The notes: generated by a model not told the origin, from the letters alone. A stretch of DNA of 64,000 bases from Candidatus Omnitrophota bacterium (GCA_044225175.1 JBGAJA010000001.1:742711-806710), one strand, 5' to 3'. Shown: positions 1 to 9,533, counted from the first letter of the stretch. A program made the numbers and translations.

Positions 1-1761
1 TTTTAAATTCTGAATCGTTTGCAACAATGCTTTTGCTGCTTCATGTGGGCCTGTACGTTCCCAGCCATTTAAACCTAAACGGGTTCTCATTTGGCCCATG
101 TAAACATTGGCTTTAAAGAATGCATGGAAATACTTTTCAGCAATTTTGTCATGCAATTCTCTGTATTGAACAGGTCCAAAGACGTTTGCAAAGTAAGAAT
201 GCACAATACCACTTGTGGTTGTTGTTCCTTTGCTCATGACTGTTCCTTCTTTAAATACCTTCAAAGCAGTCTCAGCATTGGTGAACTTTTCAATAACAGG
301 ATGATCCTCATCTAGATCTTCGTAATTATTAGCATAAAGGATAAAATCAAGCTTATGACCTTTGATTAAGCAGTTGAATGTCGTCACAGGTAAGATAATA
401 CGAGCATTCACCTGATTCGCATTCATGATGATCGCTCTGTCAATTTGACCAAGCGCATATCCAGGCTGCAAATCATCTAAACGCAAGAAAGCACCGATTT
501 CTGTTCCATATCCAATGATCGAACCATCAGGGGCTATATCAAAAGACCCCATATCATCTGCAATAATAATAATATCTTGAATCTCATTTTCACCTAAGGA
601 ACGTAAAGCTTCTAAAGTTTCAGACTTACCAGCACCCGTATCTCCTATAAATAAGAATGTGAGATCTTTGTTGCCCTTTAAGATCAAACGGACCATAGCG
701 CCATGGAAAGGCAGACGGCCGAACTTCATGATCTTAATGTTATGCAACGTTAACACCATCTTCTTTAAATAGCCGAAATAACCAAATTCATCACGTCCTG
801 GAACAGCGCCAACTAACATGTCATTTGTTTCGTCATCATAAAAGACAGTTGGCATTTTGCCATAATGATCCAACGCATCCCCCTGAACGCCAAATGTATA
901 CACAGCATCAGGCTTGCGTTTCAAATCCTCATCATCAGCCATATCAAAAAGATTACATAAAGACAGGCCTAGTTCGAAAAATTTCTTATGGAAATATACC
1001 AACATAAGCAACGGACCAACCTTAGCTGGATAGCAAAGCCATTCATCTTTATTAAGGGAAACATCTTCTAAGGGATTCTTTTGAATGCGTTCAAATTTAC
1101 CGGTACGCTTATTCATGGGAGGATTCAAAATTAGTGGAGGATACAACAAAATTTGACGAATCATTGGTATACCTTGAAGCTTCTGATAGCTTCCTGCAGG
1201 CAAGTTCACCTGACGAGGAGATGTAATGACACCCACCTCAGCTCCTGCAATAACCTGACGATAGATTCTAGGGTGATGGTTAAGAAGATTTTCTGCAATA
1301 TCACGATATGTACTGCGAATCAAATGGCTTAATGGCTCAACCAAATCATTAAACGCTCGATAAGGTCTATGATCAAATTCACGGTTTGTTGAATCACAAA
1401 TAATAAAACGCTCAAATGAACGCCAATAGTTGTAGACGTAATCAATAAAGTCATTAAAAAGGTGTCTATCACGCAAAAACTCATCCGAACCAGGAACAGC
1501 ATTAGGTAAAAGATCAACAGAGTTTTTAGTTAAGAATTTTAAAGTTTGAATTAAAAGATTAACATTCTTCTCTTGATAGGAAGATCCAGATAAAAAAATG
1601 TTCAAAAGGATAGAGTTCTTACGTTTTAACGCATCTAAAGAACGAATAAGAATTTGTCTAAAAAGATCGCTCTCCACGACTTCACTTGTTGTAAAACAAG
1701 GATTTTCATGAATACGCATAATAACTTTGTTACCAAAAACGTCAAAATTAGAGATTGCCAT
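1..1761 (-). CDS. PEP carboxykinase-like P-loop protein (3' end runs off the window start)
   Basis: Not in the ORF track because its stop lies outside the window. Manual translation from ATG 1761 (MAISNFDVFGNK; GAAGGGG upstream) gives GRLPFHGAM, the P-loop GDTGAGKSE and IADDMG, typical of the PEPCK/HPrK superfamily. Confidence 0.7.
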   Translation of the reverse strand, partial: MAISNFDVFGNKVIMRIHENPCFTTSEVVESDLFRQILIRSLDALKRKNSILLNIFLSGSSYQEKNVNLLIQTLKFLTKNSVDLLPNAVPGSDEFLRDRHLFNDFIDYVYNYWRSFERFIICDSTNREFDHRPYRAFNDLVEPLSHLIRSTYRDIAENLLNHHPRIYRQVIAGAEVGVITSPRQVNLPAGSYQKLQGIPMIRQILLYPPLILNPPMNKRTGKFERIQKNPLEDVSLNKDEWLCYPAKVGPLLMLVYFHKKFFELGLSLCNLFDMADDEDLKRKPDAVYTFGVQGDALDHYGKMPTVFYDDETNDMLVGAVPGRDEFGYFGYLKKMVLTLHNIKIMKFGRLPFHGAMVRLILKGNKDLTFLFIGDTGAGKSETLEALRSLGENEIQDIIIIADDMGSFDIAPDGSIIGYGTEIGAFLRLDDLQPGYALGQIDRAIIMNANQVNARIILPVTTFNCLIKGHKLDFILYANNYEDLDEDHPVIEKFTNAETALKVFKEGTVMSKGTTTTSGIVHSYFANVFGPVQYRELHDKIAEKYFHAFFKANVYMGQMRTRLGLNGWERTGPHEAAKALLQTIQNLK

Positions 1762-1852
1762 CAACTAATTCCCCTTCTAATCCTTAAGTTGTTAAATAAG
1801 AACCTTGACCTACTTACAAGCTCAAAGACGAAAGTTTTTGAGCAAAGAAGAA

Positions 1853-1939
1853 CGGAGAGGCAGGGATTCGAACCCTGGGACCAGTTGCCCGGTCAAGTGA
1901 TTAGCAGTCACTTGCAATCGGCCACTCTGCCACCTCTCC
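1853..1939 (-). tRNA. tRNA-Ser(GCT)
   Basis: GGAGAGG acceptor stem, anticodon arm AGTGA-CT-GCT-AA-TCACT, long variable arm, GGTTCGAATCC T-loop; CCA not encoded. Confidence 0.96.
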
Positions 1940-1950
1940 ATATATGAAAA

Positions 1951-2004
1951 TTGAGATTAGAAATTTGAAAGTAGACATCAAATCTCTAATTTCAAATCTC
2001 AAAT
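1951..2004. repeat. Inverted arrays of degenerate 7-mer repeats forming a hairpin
   Basis: TTGAGAT-TAGAAAT-TTGAAAG followed by ATCAAAT-CTCTAAT-TTCAAAT-CTCAAAT; the arms pair with two mismatches. Confidence 0.65.
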
Positions 2005-2011
2005 AAATTAC

Positions 2012-2476
2012 TTAATTATTCTTACTTCTCTTCTTCTTAAAAAAATCACTGAGCAGAAACCCACACTGCTCAGATAATAAATCACTCTGAATATCCAGAC
2101 GATGATTAAGTTCTTTGTGATTGGCAATGTTAATGATGGAACCACAGGCGCCAGCTTTTGGATCTGAAGCACCAAAACATACACGATCCAGACGAGCGAG
2201 TACTAATGCCCCAGCGCACATCGAACAGGGCTCGATTGTAACATAGAGGGTACAATCCTGCAACCACTTCGATGATAAATAGTTAGTCGCAGATGTTAGA
2301 GTAATCATTTCAGCATGCGCGGTGGGATCCTTTAATGTTTCGACTTGATTATGTCCCCTGGCAATAATTTTCTTATCATGAACAATCACAGCTCCAATGG
2401 GGACTTCATCTTCTTCCAAAGCCTTCTTGGCCTCTTTAAGCGCTTCTTGCATAAAAATTTCATCGATATTAATCAT
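2012..2476 (-). CDS. tadA: tRNA adenosine(34) deaminase
   Basis: EVPIGAV, AHAE and EPCSMC zinc motifs, DPKAGACGS. Confidence 0.96.
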   Translation of the reverse strand: MINIDEIFMQEALKEAKKALEEDEVPIGAVIVHDKKIIARGHNQVETLKDPTAHAEMITLTSATNYLSSKWLQDCTLYVTIEPCSMCAGALVLARLDRVCFGASDPKAGACGSIINIANHKELNHRLDIQSDLLSEQCGFLLSDFFKKKRSKNN

Positions 2477-2479
2477 AAA

Positions 2480-3193
2480 TTATTGGACGGCGGGAAGGAG
2501 TATTCTTACCTGGGTACCTTTTCGTTGAGAACTATAGATATTTATGGTTCCTCCAGAGCTCTTTACAATACCATACACCACAGATAAGCCTAAACCCGAG
2601 CTCTTTTCAATATCATGTTCCTGGGTCATAACAAATGGTTCAAATACCTTGGCCAAACGTTGATTGGACATCCCCACTCCATTATCGGAAATCTCAACAA
2701 CAACATCCTTTGAACTATCCTTAAATTTCGTACGAATTTTAATTTCGCCACCGGCAGGCATAGCGTTCATGCAGTTAGTTAAGAGATTGTGAATCACCTG
2801 ATGCCCATCTAAGGCATTAATTTTGACCAGCGGAATACTGCTATCCAAGCGAATCGTTGTCTTTATTTTAGAATTAAACAAAGATGACTTTAATAAGTGA
2901 ATGATGTCATTGATCACTTGATTAATATTACAGGACCCCTCCTGAACTTTGAATGATTCCGACCCACTTAATTCTTGAGCTGACTCATAACATTTTTGGA
3001 TTTGCTTATTCATTTGTTCAAGGGTCAAAAGCATCTGTTTGAAATCTTTAAAGGAAATATATTCAAAATTCTTAGCTTTATAGGTATCTAAAAGCTTTTG
3101 AGAGCTTAAAGAAAGGGTTTTTAAGGGAGAACTGATTTTCTGAATGAGGAGTGATTGGAAGTTGGAAGATTGAGAACTTTTATTCTTTATCAT
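2480..3193 (-). CDS. Soluble HATPase_c protein with a degenerate HisKA region (pseudo histidine kinase)
   Basis: N box NLLTNCMNAM, G1 box DNGVGM, F box VFEPF, G2 box GLGL; the H-box position reads LIQKISSPL with no His. Confidence 0.75.
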   Translation of the reverse strand: MIKNKSSQSSNFQSLLIQKISSPLKTLSLSSQKLLDTYKAKNFEYISFKDFKQMLLTLEQMNKQIQKCYESAQELSGSESFKVQEGSCNINQVINDIIHLLKSSLFNSKIKTTIRLDSSIPLVKINALDGHQVIHNLLTNCMNAMPAGGEIKIRTKFKDSSKDVVVEISDNGVGMSNQRLAKVFEPFVMTQEHDIEKSSGLGLSVVYGIVKSSGGTINIYSSQRKGTQVRILLPAVQ

Positions 3194-3211
3194 ATATTCA
3201 GCGAAGAAAAA

Positions 3212-3285
3212 CGCGCCTGAGAGGGATCGAACCTCTAACCCTCAGTTCCGTAGACTGATGCTCTATCCAATTGAGCTACAGGCGC
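3212..3285 (-). tRNA. tRNA-Arg(ACG)
   Basis: GCGCCTG acceptor stem, anticodon arm TCAGT-CT-ACG-GA-ACTGA, GGTTCGATCCC T-loop. Confidence 0.96.
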
Positions 3286-3308
3286 AAATGTATCCAAATA
3301 GAACGAAA

Positions 3309-3337
3309 TTTATAGCAGATTTACAAGTAGCTGTCCA
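3309..3337 (-). promoter_or_regulatory. Probable sigma70 promoter of tRNA-Arg
   Basis: TGGACA (3337-3332), 17-bp spacer, TATAAA (3314-3309) with an extended -10 TG. Confidence 0.5.
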
Positions 3338-3353
3338 GCAGCTTTTCTAGCAT

Positions 3354-4759
3354 TGTCCCGCCAAAATAGAAATGTCCGCTTTCTACCAAATTAGAAATGT
3401 CCGCTTTTTGTATAACTGCCTGGCAACTTAAATAAGCGAAAACCATTGGTCAAGGCCACTGGTCTTCTGCTTCTAAATTTAGGAAATCTACGCTTAACTG
3501 GTTGATATACTTTGGCTGCTGGTCTATCTATTGGCTTAAAATTAAGCCTGTTTTTACCATGCAAGATACCTATCTGTCCATCAAGATATTCATGCACCAC
3601 AACCCGCTGAGCCCTGGTTTTGTCTAACACCTGATACCATTGATTATTGTGCACCAATGTTCGGTCATTACGTAACACATGTCCTGTCTGCACAGATAAT
3701 ATATCCTCGAGGTTAGTCTTTTTAGGAACCGACCTGTGAAAATCCCCACTGCCACGGGCCAATACCTCAAACTTCTTATTAAAAACAGGTAAATACGTTT
3801 TAAGTAGTCGGTTGGCATCTTCAAGGCTATTGATCTGTTCTAAACGTAATTCTTTAACTAATCTATCTTGTAGAGTCTCAAAGACCCGCTCAACACGTCC
3901 CTTAGCCTGCGGACTATGGGCAAATATAAGCTCTATACCAAGCTCGTGACAGGCTCTGCCAAACTGAGTCAATTCTTCTTCATCTCTAAATGGCCAATCT
4001 ATAAAAGTATTCTTACGATTGTTTTTGTACGTCGAGTGTTTATCTAAATAAATGCTTGCCGGCAGCCCATAACGCTGAATATAGCCCTTCAATCCTGCCA
4101 TCGCAGGCATCGTACCTTCATAATCATGAAATTCACCATGAAATCGACTATTAGCATCATCAATATATCCCATTAATACCAATTTAGGCCCTCGGCCTTC
4201 CAACCAATCATGATGACTGCCATCCATCTGCACCATCTGCCCAAAATGTTCACGGCGTTCTCGCCTTGTCCTATCTTTAGGCTTTGCTCTCTTGCTTAAT
4301 TGCCAAAGACCTTCTTTAATCAACCATAATCGCAACGTCTCATCACAGACCGTAATTCCATCCCGCTCCAACAACTTCTCCGACGCTAACACAGGTCCAA
4401 AATCCCAATAACTCTTCCTGTATAAATCTAAAACCTTCTTCCTAAAGCTTAATCCTATCTTACGGTTGCCTTCTTTACCTCTAAGCTTATGAATGACCCC
4501 AGCTTCTCCTTCACGCTCAATGCGTCTTATGATTCGCCGCACTTGCCTGCTATCCAATTTTAAATATTCTGCCGCTTCCTTTTGCTTGATCTGCTTATCA
4601 ATGACTTTTCGAATCACTTGATATCTTTTGATCTCCTTGCGACTCATCATAAAAATGTCCTTCCCGTTGTCCATAATGCCTCCTTGATTGCATTATGAAC
4701 ATTCTAAAAGCGGACATTCTTATTTTGGTCAATCCGGACAATTCTATTTTGGTATTACA
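3354..4759 (-). mobile_element. IS1202-family (ISNCY) insertion sequence with a 15-bp target-site duplication
   Basis: TGT...ACA termini. Imperfect inverted repeats TGTCCCGCCAAAATAGAAATGTCC / TGTAATACCAAAATAGAATTGTCC with internal repeats of the ...AATGTCCG unit. Direct repeat CAGCTTTTCTAGCAT at 3339-3353 and 4760-4774. Confidence 0.92.
3391..4674 (-). CDS. DDE transposase, ISNCY/IS1202 family
   Basis: N-terminal HTH; QMDGSHHDW, IDDANS, YLDKHS and SPQAKGRVERVFETLQDRL motifs. Confidence 0.93.
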   Translation of the reverse strand: MDNGKDIFMMSRKEIKRYQVIRKVIDKQIKQKEAAEYLKLDSRQVRRIIRRIEREGEAGVIHKLRGKEGNRKIGLSFRKKVLDLYRKSYWDFGPVLASEKLLERDGITVCDETLRLWLIKEGLWQLSKRAKPKDRTRRERREHFGQMVQMDGSHHDWLEGRGPKLVLMGYIDDANSRFHGEFHDYEGTMPAMAGLKGYIQRYGLPASIYLDKHSTYKNNRKNTFIDWPFRDEEELTQFGRACHELGIELIFAHSPQAKGRVERVFETLQDRLVKELRLEQINSLEDANRLLKTYLPVFNKKFEVLARGSGDFHRSVPKKTNLEDILSVQTGHVLRNDRTLVHNNQWYQVLDKTRAQRVVVHEYLDGQIGILHGKNRLNFKPIDRPAAKVYQPVKRRFPKFRSRRPVALTNGFRLFKLPGSYTKSGHF

Positions 4760-4804
4760 CAGCTTTTCTAGCATCGTCGAATAGATTCTACTGCCCTATT
4801 TTAA

Positions 4805-4842
4805 TAAGAAAGCCCCTAGTACATATACAAGGGGCTTTCTTA
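4805..4842 (-). terminator. Intrinsic terminator-like hairpin
   Basis: TAAGAAAGCCCCT ... AGGGGCTTTCTTA inverted repeat just downstream of the 4866-5675 ORF. Confidence 0.7.
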
Positions 4843-4865
4843 ACACTACAGGAGAATCAATGAGA

Positions 4866-5675
4866 TTACTTTAAAGATCGGCTACTCTTCGATTTTGATC
4901 CTGAGTGTGATTTAATGGAACTTGTTTGACCACCAGATCCTTTTTGAGATGTTGATCGACTAGGAGAAGAACCATTACTCTCACGCGATGATCTTGAAGG
5001 GGTTCGTGATCCTTGAGACCGAGAACCATGAGATTCTCTAGATTGTTGAAAATTTTGAGAATCATCTTGGTCCCAGCCTTGATTTTGAGAATCTCTCGAC
5101 ATTGAAGAGTTTTGATTTTGCCAATTATCATTATTGTCATTTTGATAATCAGAACGGCTCCTTTGAGAAGATTGGTTATTTTGATACCTCATATCATCAT
5201 TTTGATTATTTCTTGAGCGTGAATGTTGACTACGATCTTGGTCATAATCATCATTTTGATTCTGATTTCTTTCTCTATTTTGAGAATGATTAGAGTATTC
5301 ATCATTACTATTATTACTATTGCGAGAATTCGTACGTTCTCGGTCTTGAGATTGATAATTGGAGTTATTCCAATTCTTAGTGGAACTGAATCGTTCTTGC
5401 TCACGAGGCTGTGAATATTCTCCTCTGCTTGGATTGATTTGATTCATTGGTCTATTATCATCAAAATCTTCATCATTAGATTGATTTTGATTATTACGAT
5501 TGGAACGATGGTCATTCCAGTCATTACCTTGATTTGTATATTCTGGCGACTGCCAAGGTTCATCCCCATAATGGGGTTGTGAAGAACGCTTAGAATCTTT
5601 TTGTTGTCTATCATCATAATCTTGATAAGAGTCCTGATTTCTTCTAGGCTGCGGGTTTCTTGATGAATTTTTCAT
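4866..5675 (-). CDS. Low-complexity, N/Q/S/D/R-rich hydrophilic protein (predicted disordered)
   Basis: 269-aa ORF with a strong RBS (AGGAGG) and a downstream terminator; almost no hydrophobic residues. Confidence 0.75.
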   Translation of the reverse strand: MKNSSRNPQPRRNQDSYQDYDDRQQKDSKRSSQPHYGDEPWQSPEYTNQGNDWNDHRSNRNNQNQSNDEDFDDNRPMNQINPSRGEYSQPREQERFSSTKNWNNSNYQSQDRERTNSRNSNNSNDEYSNHSQNRERNQNQNDDYDQDRSQHSRSRNNQNDDMRYQNNQSSQRSRSDYQNDNNDNWQNQNSSMSRDSQNQGWDQDDSQNFQQSRESHGSRSQGSRTPSRSSRESNGSSPSRSTSQKGSGGQTSSIKSHSGSKSKSSRSLK

Positions 5676-5733
5676 ATTACCCTCCTTATTAAATAAGATT
5701 ATTCTTACTTAAGCACATTTTAGAGGACTGCTA

Positions 5734-5760
5734 ATGAAGAGAAGATGAAAAGAAAATTAA
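5734..5760 (-). promoter_or_regulatory. Triple direct repeat with 11-bp period (candidate regulator box)
   Basis: ATGAA at 5734, ATGAA at 5745, ATTAA at 5756; the same pattern recurs at 9574-9600. Confidence 0.5.
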
Positions 5761-5768
5761 AAAATGGA

Positions 5769-8285
5769 TTATTTTACAAATTTTTCTAAAATTTTTAAAG
5801 ATTTAGACATATCTATTCCTTTTCCGAAAACACCTTTGAATAAATCTCCTTTTTTCTTTAAACGCATAGGCATTGTTTTAATATTAAAATCTTGGATCTT
5901 AAGACTGCGATTCACTTCTTTCCACTCTAACGGAGCCGATACAGGAGCTTGGGGTTTAGGACGAAGACAATAAGCTACTGCCATTGTTGAAGCGTAATGA
6001 TTCTGCAAATAATCCAAATAGATAAGACCTTTTCTTTTCGAAGGACTTCTTTCTAAGCTTGTAACTTCAGGAGCCTGTTTATTAATGGCCATACATAAAA
6101 TCTGAGAAAAATTCTTTGTTTGCTCAAAATCATATTTCTTCTTTAAAGGAATATAAACATGAATTCCCCTTGATCCTGAAGTCTTACAGAAACCTTCCAT
6201 TTTGCAATGATCCATAATCTTCTTGGCAATTAAAACAGTATCTACAATAACCGGAAACTTCACATCAACTGGATCAAAATCTAAAACTAAAAAATCAGGA
6301 TGATGCGGTTTTACAATATCCGAACACCAGGCATTGAGTTCAATGCATCCTAAGTTATTCATTAAAGCCAGAGTCTCTTTATCTTTTCCAATTAAATAAT
6401 GAGTGATTTCATCATCTGTTTCGGATTTTAAAGACATTATCTTCACCCATTCAGGTGTTTTAAAATTAATATCTTTCTGGAAGAAACCAGGATCATTAAT
6501 TCCATCGGGTTGTCTATGCATCGATAAAGGCCGATTTTTAATATGTGGAATAATAAATGGAGCGATCTCTTGATAATAACGAATCATATCTCCTTTGGTA
6601 TAACCATCATCTGGCCAGAACACTTTATCTAAATTTGTTAAAGGAGTTCTAAGATTTAAATCAACCGTTTTATTCTCTGAATTTTCCTTTAGTAAAATCT
6701 TCTTTATCATGATTGGCTTTTCCTGCAAAACTTCTTGAGGCTTCTTATCTTCTCTTAAACCAAGGAATATGGGTTGACGCATATGTCCATCATCGGTCCA
6801 TTCTTGAAATTTAACCTGACATAATAATTGTGGTTTAACCCATGTGACGGGGGCATTGGTGGCTGGTCTTGTATTAAAAGGGCATTTGGATACGATTAAA
6901 GGCTTTAACTTTTGATAAATACTATTTAATAAGTCAAAATCAAATCCTCCACCCGCATGACCAATGTATTTAAGTTCTTTTGCCTTATAAACTCCAAGGA
7001 TTAAAGCTCCAAAAAACTTTCGGCTTCCTTTAGGTTGTGTAAATCCACAAATAATGGCTTCTTGCTCTTGAATAGCTTTGATTTTAAGCCAATTGGAAGA
7101 ACGTGCACCTATTTCATAGGGGCTTTGAAGATTCTTAGCAATAATCCCCTCTAAGCCGTTTTTCTTAGCAGCGTTATAAAAAGAAACTCCCTTGTCTTGA
7201 ATATAATCACTTAATCGGATAGATGGTAATTGGGGAATGACTTGTTTTAAAATTTCTTTACGGCGAGATAAGGGCAATCGATGCAAATCCAGGCCATTTA
7301 AATACAAAATATCAAACACATAGTAAATCAGCTGGCCGGCTTTAGGATCCTTAAGGTAGTTCTGTAGTAACTGAAAGCGACTCAAACCCTCTTGATCAAC
7401 AACAACCATTTCACCATCCAATAACATATCCTGAGGCAAATTTGTTAAGTCTCGAACAACATCAGGAAATTTCTCTGTATAAGTATTATCATTGCGAGAG
7501 TACAATCGCACTTTTTTCTTATTGATCTCAGCCAAGATCCTATATCCATCCCACTTCACCTCAAAAATCCAATCCTTGCGATCAAAAGGCTCATTAACAA
7601 GTGTAGCGAGCATGGGAGAAATTGTTTTAGGAAAAGAAGCTTTGGCTGCTCCCTCTAAATTAAGCTCTTTAGAAATTTTTGGAATTGTTTTCTTTACAGT
7701 GGATTTCCTTTTAGCATTATGAGAGATTTCATCTATAGAACGGCCTGTTTTTACAGAAACGTCATCATTTTTAATCGGTTGATCAGCAAATTCATCCGAT
7801 TTCTTAATTAAAAGCCATTGATTATCTTTCCCCCCTTGGATCTTGACTAATGTATAGAGGCCTTTGAGTTTATGTCCGTTAAGATAAAAAACTAACTTTC
7901 CTTTCTTTAAATCTTCTGTAATCTTTTTATCGTTGTCTTTCTTACTTAAATGTTCATCCACATAATACTCGCCATTATCCCAAAGCATAACCGTGCCTGC
8001 CCCATAGTTCCCCTCTGGGATTGTTCCTTCAAAGCTACCATAGTCAAAAGGATGATCTTCTACTTCAACAGCAAGACGTCTAGTATGAGGATTAGTGGAA
8101 ATTCCTTTAGGAACCGCCCAGCTTTTTAGAACACCATGATTCTCAAGACGAAAGTCATAATGCAAATGAGAAGCATCATGCTTTTGGACGACAAAATGCA
8201 ACTTTCCATTAGTATTGACCATCTGTGGTGGGGGCTCGGGAGTCTTCTTGAAATTTCTTTTCTTACGGTATTTACTCAGCGACAT
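5769..8285 (-). CDS. ligD: NHEJ DNA ligase D (phosphoesterase-ligase-polymerase)
   Basis: FVVQKHDASHLHYDFRLE phosphoesterase, EVKWDGYR ligase, and LDFDP / KTSGSRGIHV primase-polymerase motifs. Confidence 0.96.
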   Translation of the reverse strand: MSLSKYRKKRNFKKTPEPPPQMVNTNGKLHFVVQKHDASHLHYDFRLENHGVLKSWAVPKGISTNPHTRRLAVEVEDHPFDYGSFEGTIPEGNYGAGTVMLWDNGEYYVDEHLSKKDNDKKITEDLKKGKLVFYLNGHKLKGLYTLVKIQGGKDNQWLLIKKSDEFADQPIKNDDVSVKTGRSIDEISHNAKRKSTVKKTIPKISKELNLEGAAKASFPKTISPMLATLVNEPFDRKDWIFEVKWDGYRILAEINKKKVRLYSRNDNTYTEKFPDVVRDLTNLPQDMLLDGEMVVVDQEGLSRFQLLQNYLKDPKAGQLIYYVFDILYLNGLDLHRLPLSRRKEILKQVIPQLPSIRLSDYIQDKGVSFYNAAKKNGLEGIIAKNLQSPYEIGARSSNWLKIKAIQEQEAIICGFTQPKGSRKFFGALILGVYKAKELKYIGHAGGGFDFDLLNSIYQKLKPLIVSKCPFNTRPATNAPVTWVKPQLLCQVKFQEWTDDGHMRQPIFLGLREDKKPQEVLQEKPIMIKKILLKENSENKTVDLNLRTPLTNLDKVFWPDDGYTKGDMIRYYQEIAPFIIPHIKNRPLSMHRQPDGINDPGFFQKDINFKTPEWVKIMSLKSETDDEITHYLIGKDKETLALMNNLGCIELNAWCSDIVKPHHPDFLVLDFDPVDVKFPVIVDTVLIAKKIMDHCKMEGFCKTSGSRGIHVYIPLKKKYDFEQTKNFSQILCMAINKQAPEVTSLERSPSKRKGLIYLDYLQNHYASTMAVAYCLRPKPQAPVSAPLEWKEVNRSLKIQDFNIKTMPMRLKKKGDLFKGVFGKGIDMSKSLKILEKFVK

Positions 8286-8289
8286 TGGA

Positions 8290-9060
8290 TTAACGCCCTG
8301 CAGTCGCCAGACTTTCTTTTAACCGAGCAACAATATCTGGGAGAGGGCCCTTTCGAGCAGTAAACTTCTTAATAGGAATTTTCTTACCTTTTTTCTTATC
8401 ATTGATGATCTGTCTTAGTTTCGCTGTGTAATCATCTTTAAATTTCTCAGGATGAAAAGGCTGGGATAATTTATCGATTAACTCTAAAGCTAAATCCATC
8501 TGATTTTTAGGGATTTTCACTTTTTCAGGAAGATGCAGCTCAGAGATGTCTAAGATCTCTTCATGAAAGCGCAGCATATTAAGTATAAGAACACTGCCTT
8601 GAGGTTTGATCATTGTTAAATGCTCTTTTTCCTTGAGAACAAATTTTCCAATACCCACCCTTTTAGACTCAATTAAAGCTTCTCTAAGCAAAGCATAGAC
8701 TTGCTTGGATTGTTTCTCAGGTTCAAGATAATAGGGTTTTTCTGCATACTTAATGTCGATATCTTTCTCTGGAACAAAGGCCTCGATATTGATTGAGTAT
8801 GTTTTTTCGATATCGGCCTGTTTAAAGTCATTCTCATCCAAAATAACATAATCCCCTTTCGTATATTCATACCCACGTACGATATCTTCTTTTTTGACCT
8901 CTTCTCCTGTACTACGACAAACCTTTGTATAACCTATAGGACATAAATCATTCTTGCGCAGCATATTAAAATGAATATGACTTTCTGTGACCGCGGTATA
9001 AAGCTTGACTGGAATATTTACTAAACCAAAGTTGATGGATCCTGTCCAAATAGCACGCAT
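8290..9060 (-). CDS. ku: NHEJ Ku protein
   Basis: MRAIWTGSINFGLVNIPVKLY signature; adjacent to ligD. Confidence 0.96.
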   Translation of the reverse strand: MRAIWTGSINFGLVNIPVKLYTAVTESHIHFNMLRKNDLCPIGYTKVCRSTGEEVKKEDIVRGYEYTKGDYVILDENDFKQADIEKTYSINIEAFVPEKDIDIKYAEKPYYLEPEKQSKQVYALLREALIESKRVGIGKFVLKEKEHLTMIKPQGSVLILNMLRFHEEILDISELHLPEKVKIPKNQMDLALELIDKLSQPFHPEKFKDDYTAKLRQIINDKKKGKKIPIKKFTARKGPLPDIVARLKESLATAGR

Positions 9061-9533
9061 TAAAGGTTCTCCATTTTGGGAGTTAATTTTGGCTCCTGGA
9101 CTTTCTCATCAATTGCAACTTTATGCACATAAATCAATTCTCCTCCCAGCCATCCACTCAAACCTAAAAGGACTATTCCCAGAAAAGATAATGCGAATGG
9201 AATTCCTCTGATGTCATATTGATATTCATATCTCAAATAGAAATTAAACGCATATAGAACAACCAATATTAAATTGATGGCCATATGCCATGTAGCAACT
9301 TTTTTAGTTGGGGGATCTTTTAAAGAAAAATAGTCAACAAACCCTGGAAGTGCAGCTAATAAAGCACCTACACATCCCGCTGCCATTGAATAGGAGGCAA
9401 TCACAGCCCACAATGGACTGTTAAGAGAAAAATAAAGTAAATCAGCAATAAATGAAAATACCCAAAGGCCAATAGGGATAGAAACTAACATAGGATGAAT
9501 GGGATGACCTGCAATACGAGCTTTATTTTTCAT
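9060..9533 (-). CDS. DUF2231-type membrane protein
   Basis: GHPIHPMLVSIPIG and GWLGGELIY motifs, four hydrophobic segments. Confidence 0.85.
   Translation of the reverse strand: MKNKARIAGHPIHPMLVSIPIGLWVFSFIADLLYFSLNSPLWAVIASYSMAAGCVGALLAALPGFVDYFSLKDPPTKKVATWHMAINLILVVLYAFNFYLRYEYQYDIRGIPFALSFLGIVLLGLSGWLGGELIYVHKVAIDEKVQEPKLTPKMENL

Noticed and set aside
91-1947. Short track ORFs (91-315, 825-1007, 1329-1517, 1654-1947)
   Set aside because: They are shadows of the minus-strand PEPCK-like gene (1-1761) and tRNA-Ser.
4871-5414. Alternative-frame ORFs over the low-complexity gene
   Set aside because: By-products of the repetitive codon composition; no RBS or motifs seen.
1853-9533. tRNA-anchored integrative island or prophage
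   Set aside because: No integrase, no duplicated tRNA 3' end and no phage genes were seen; only the IS has defined ends.
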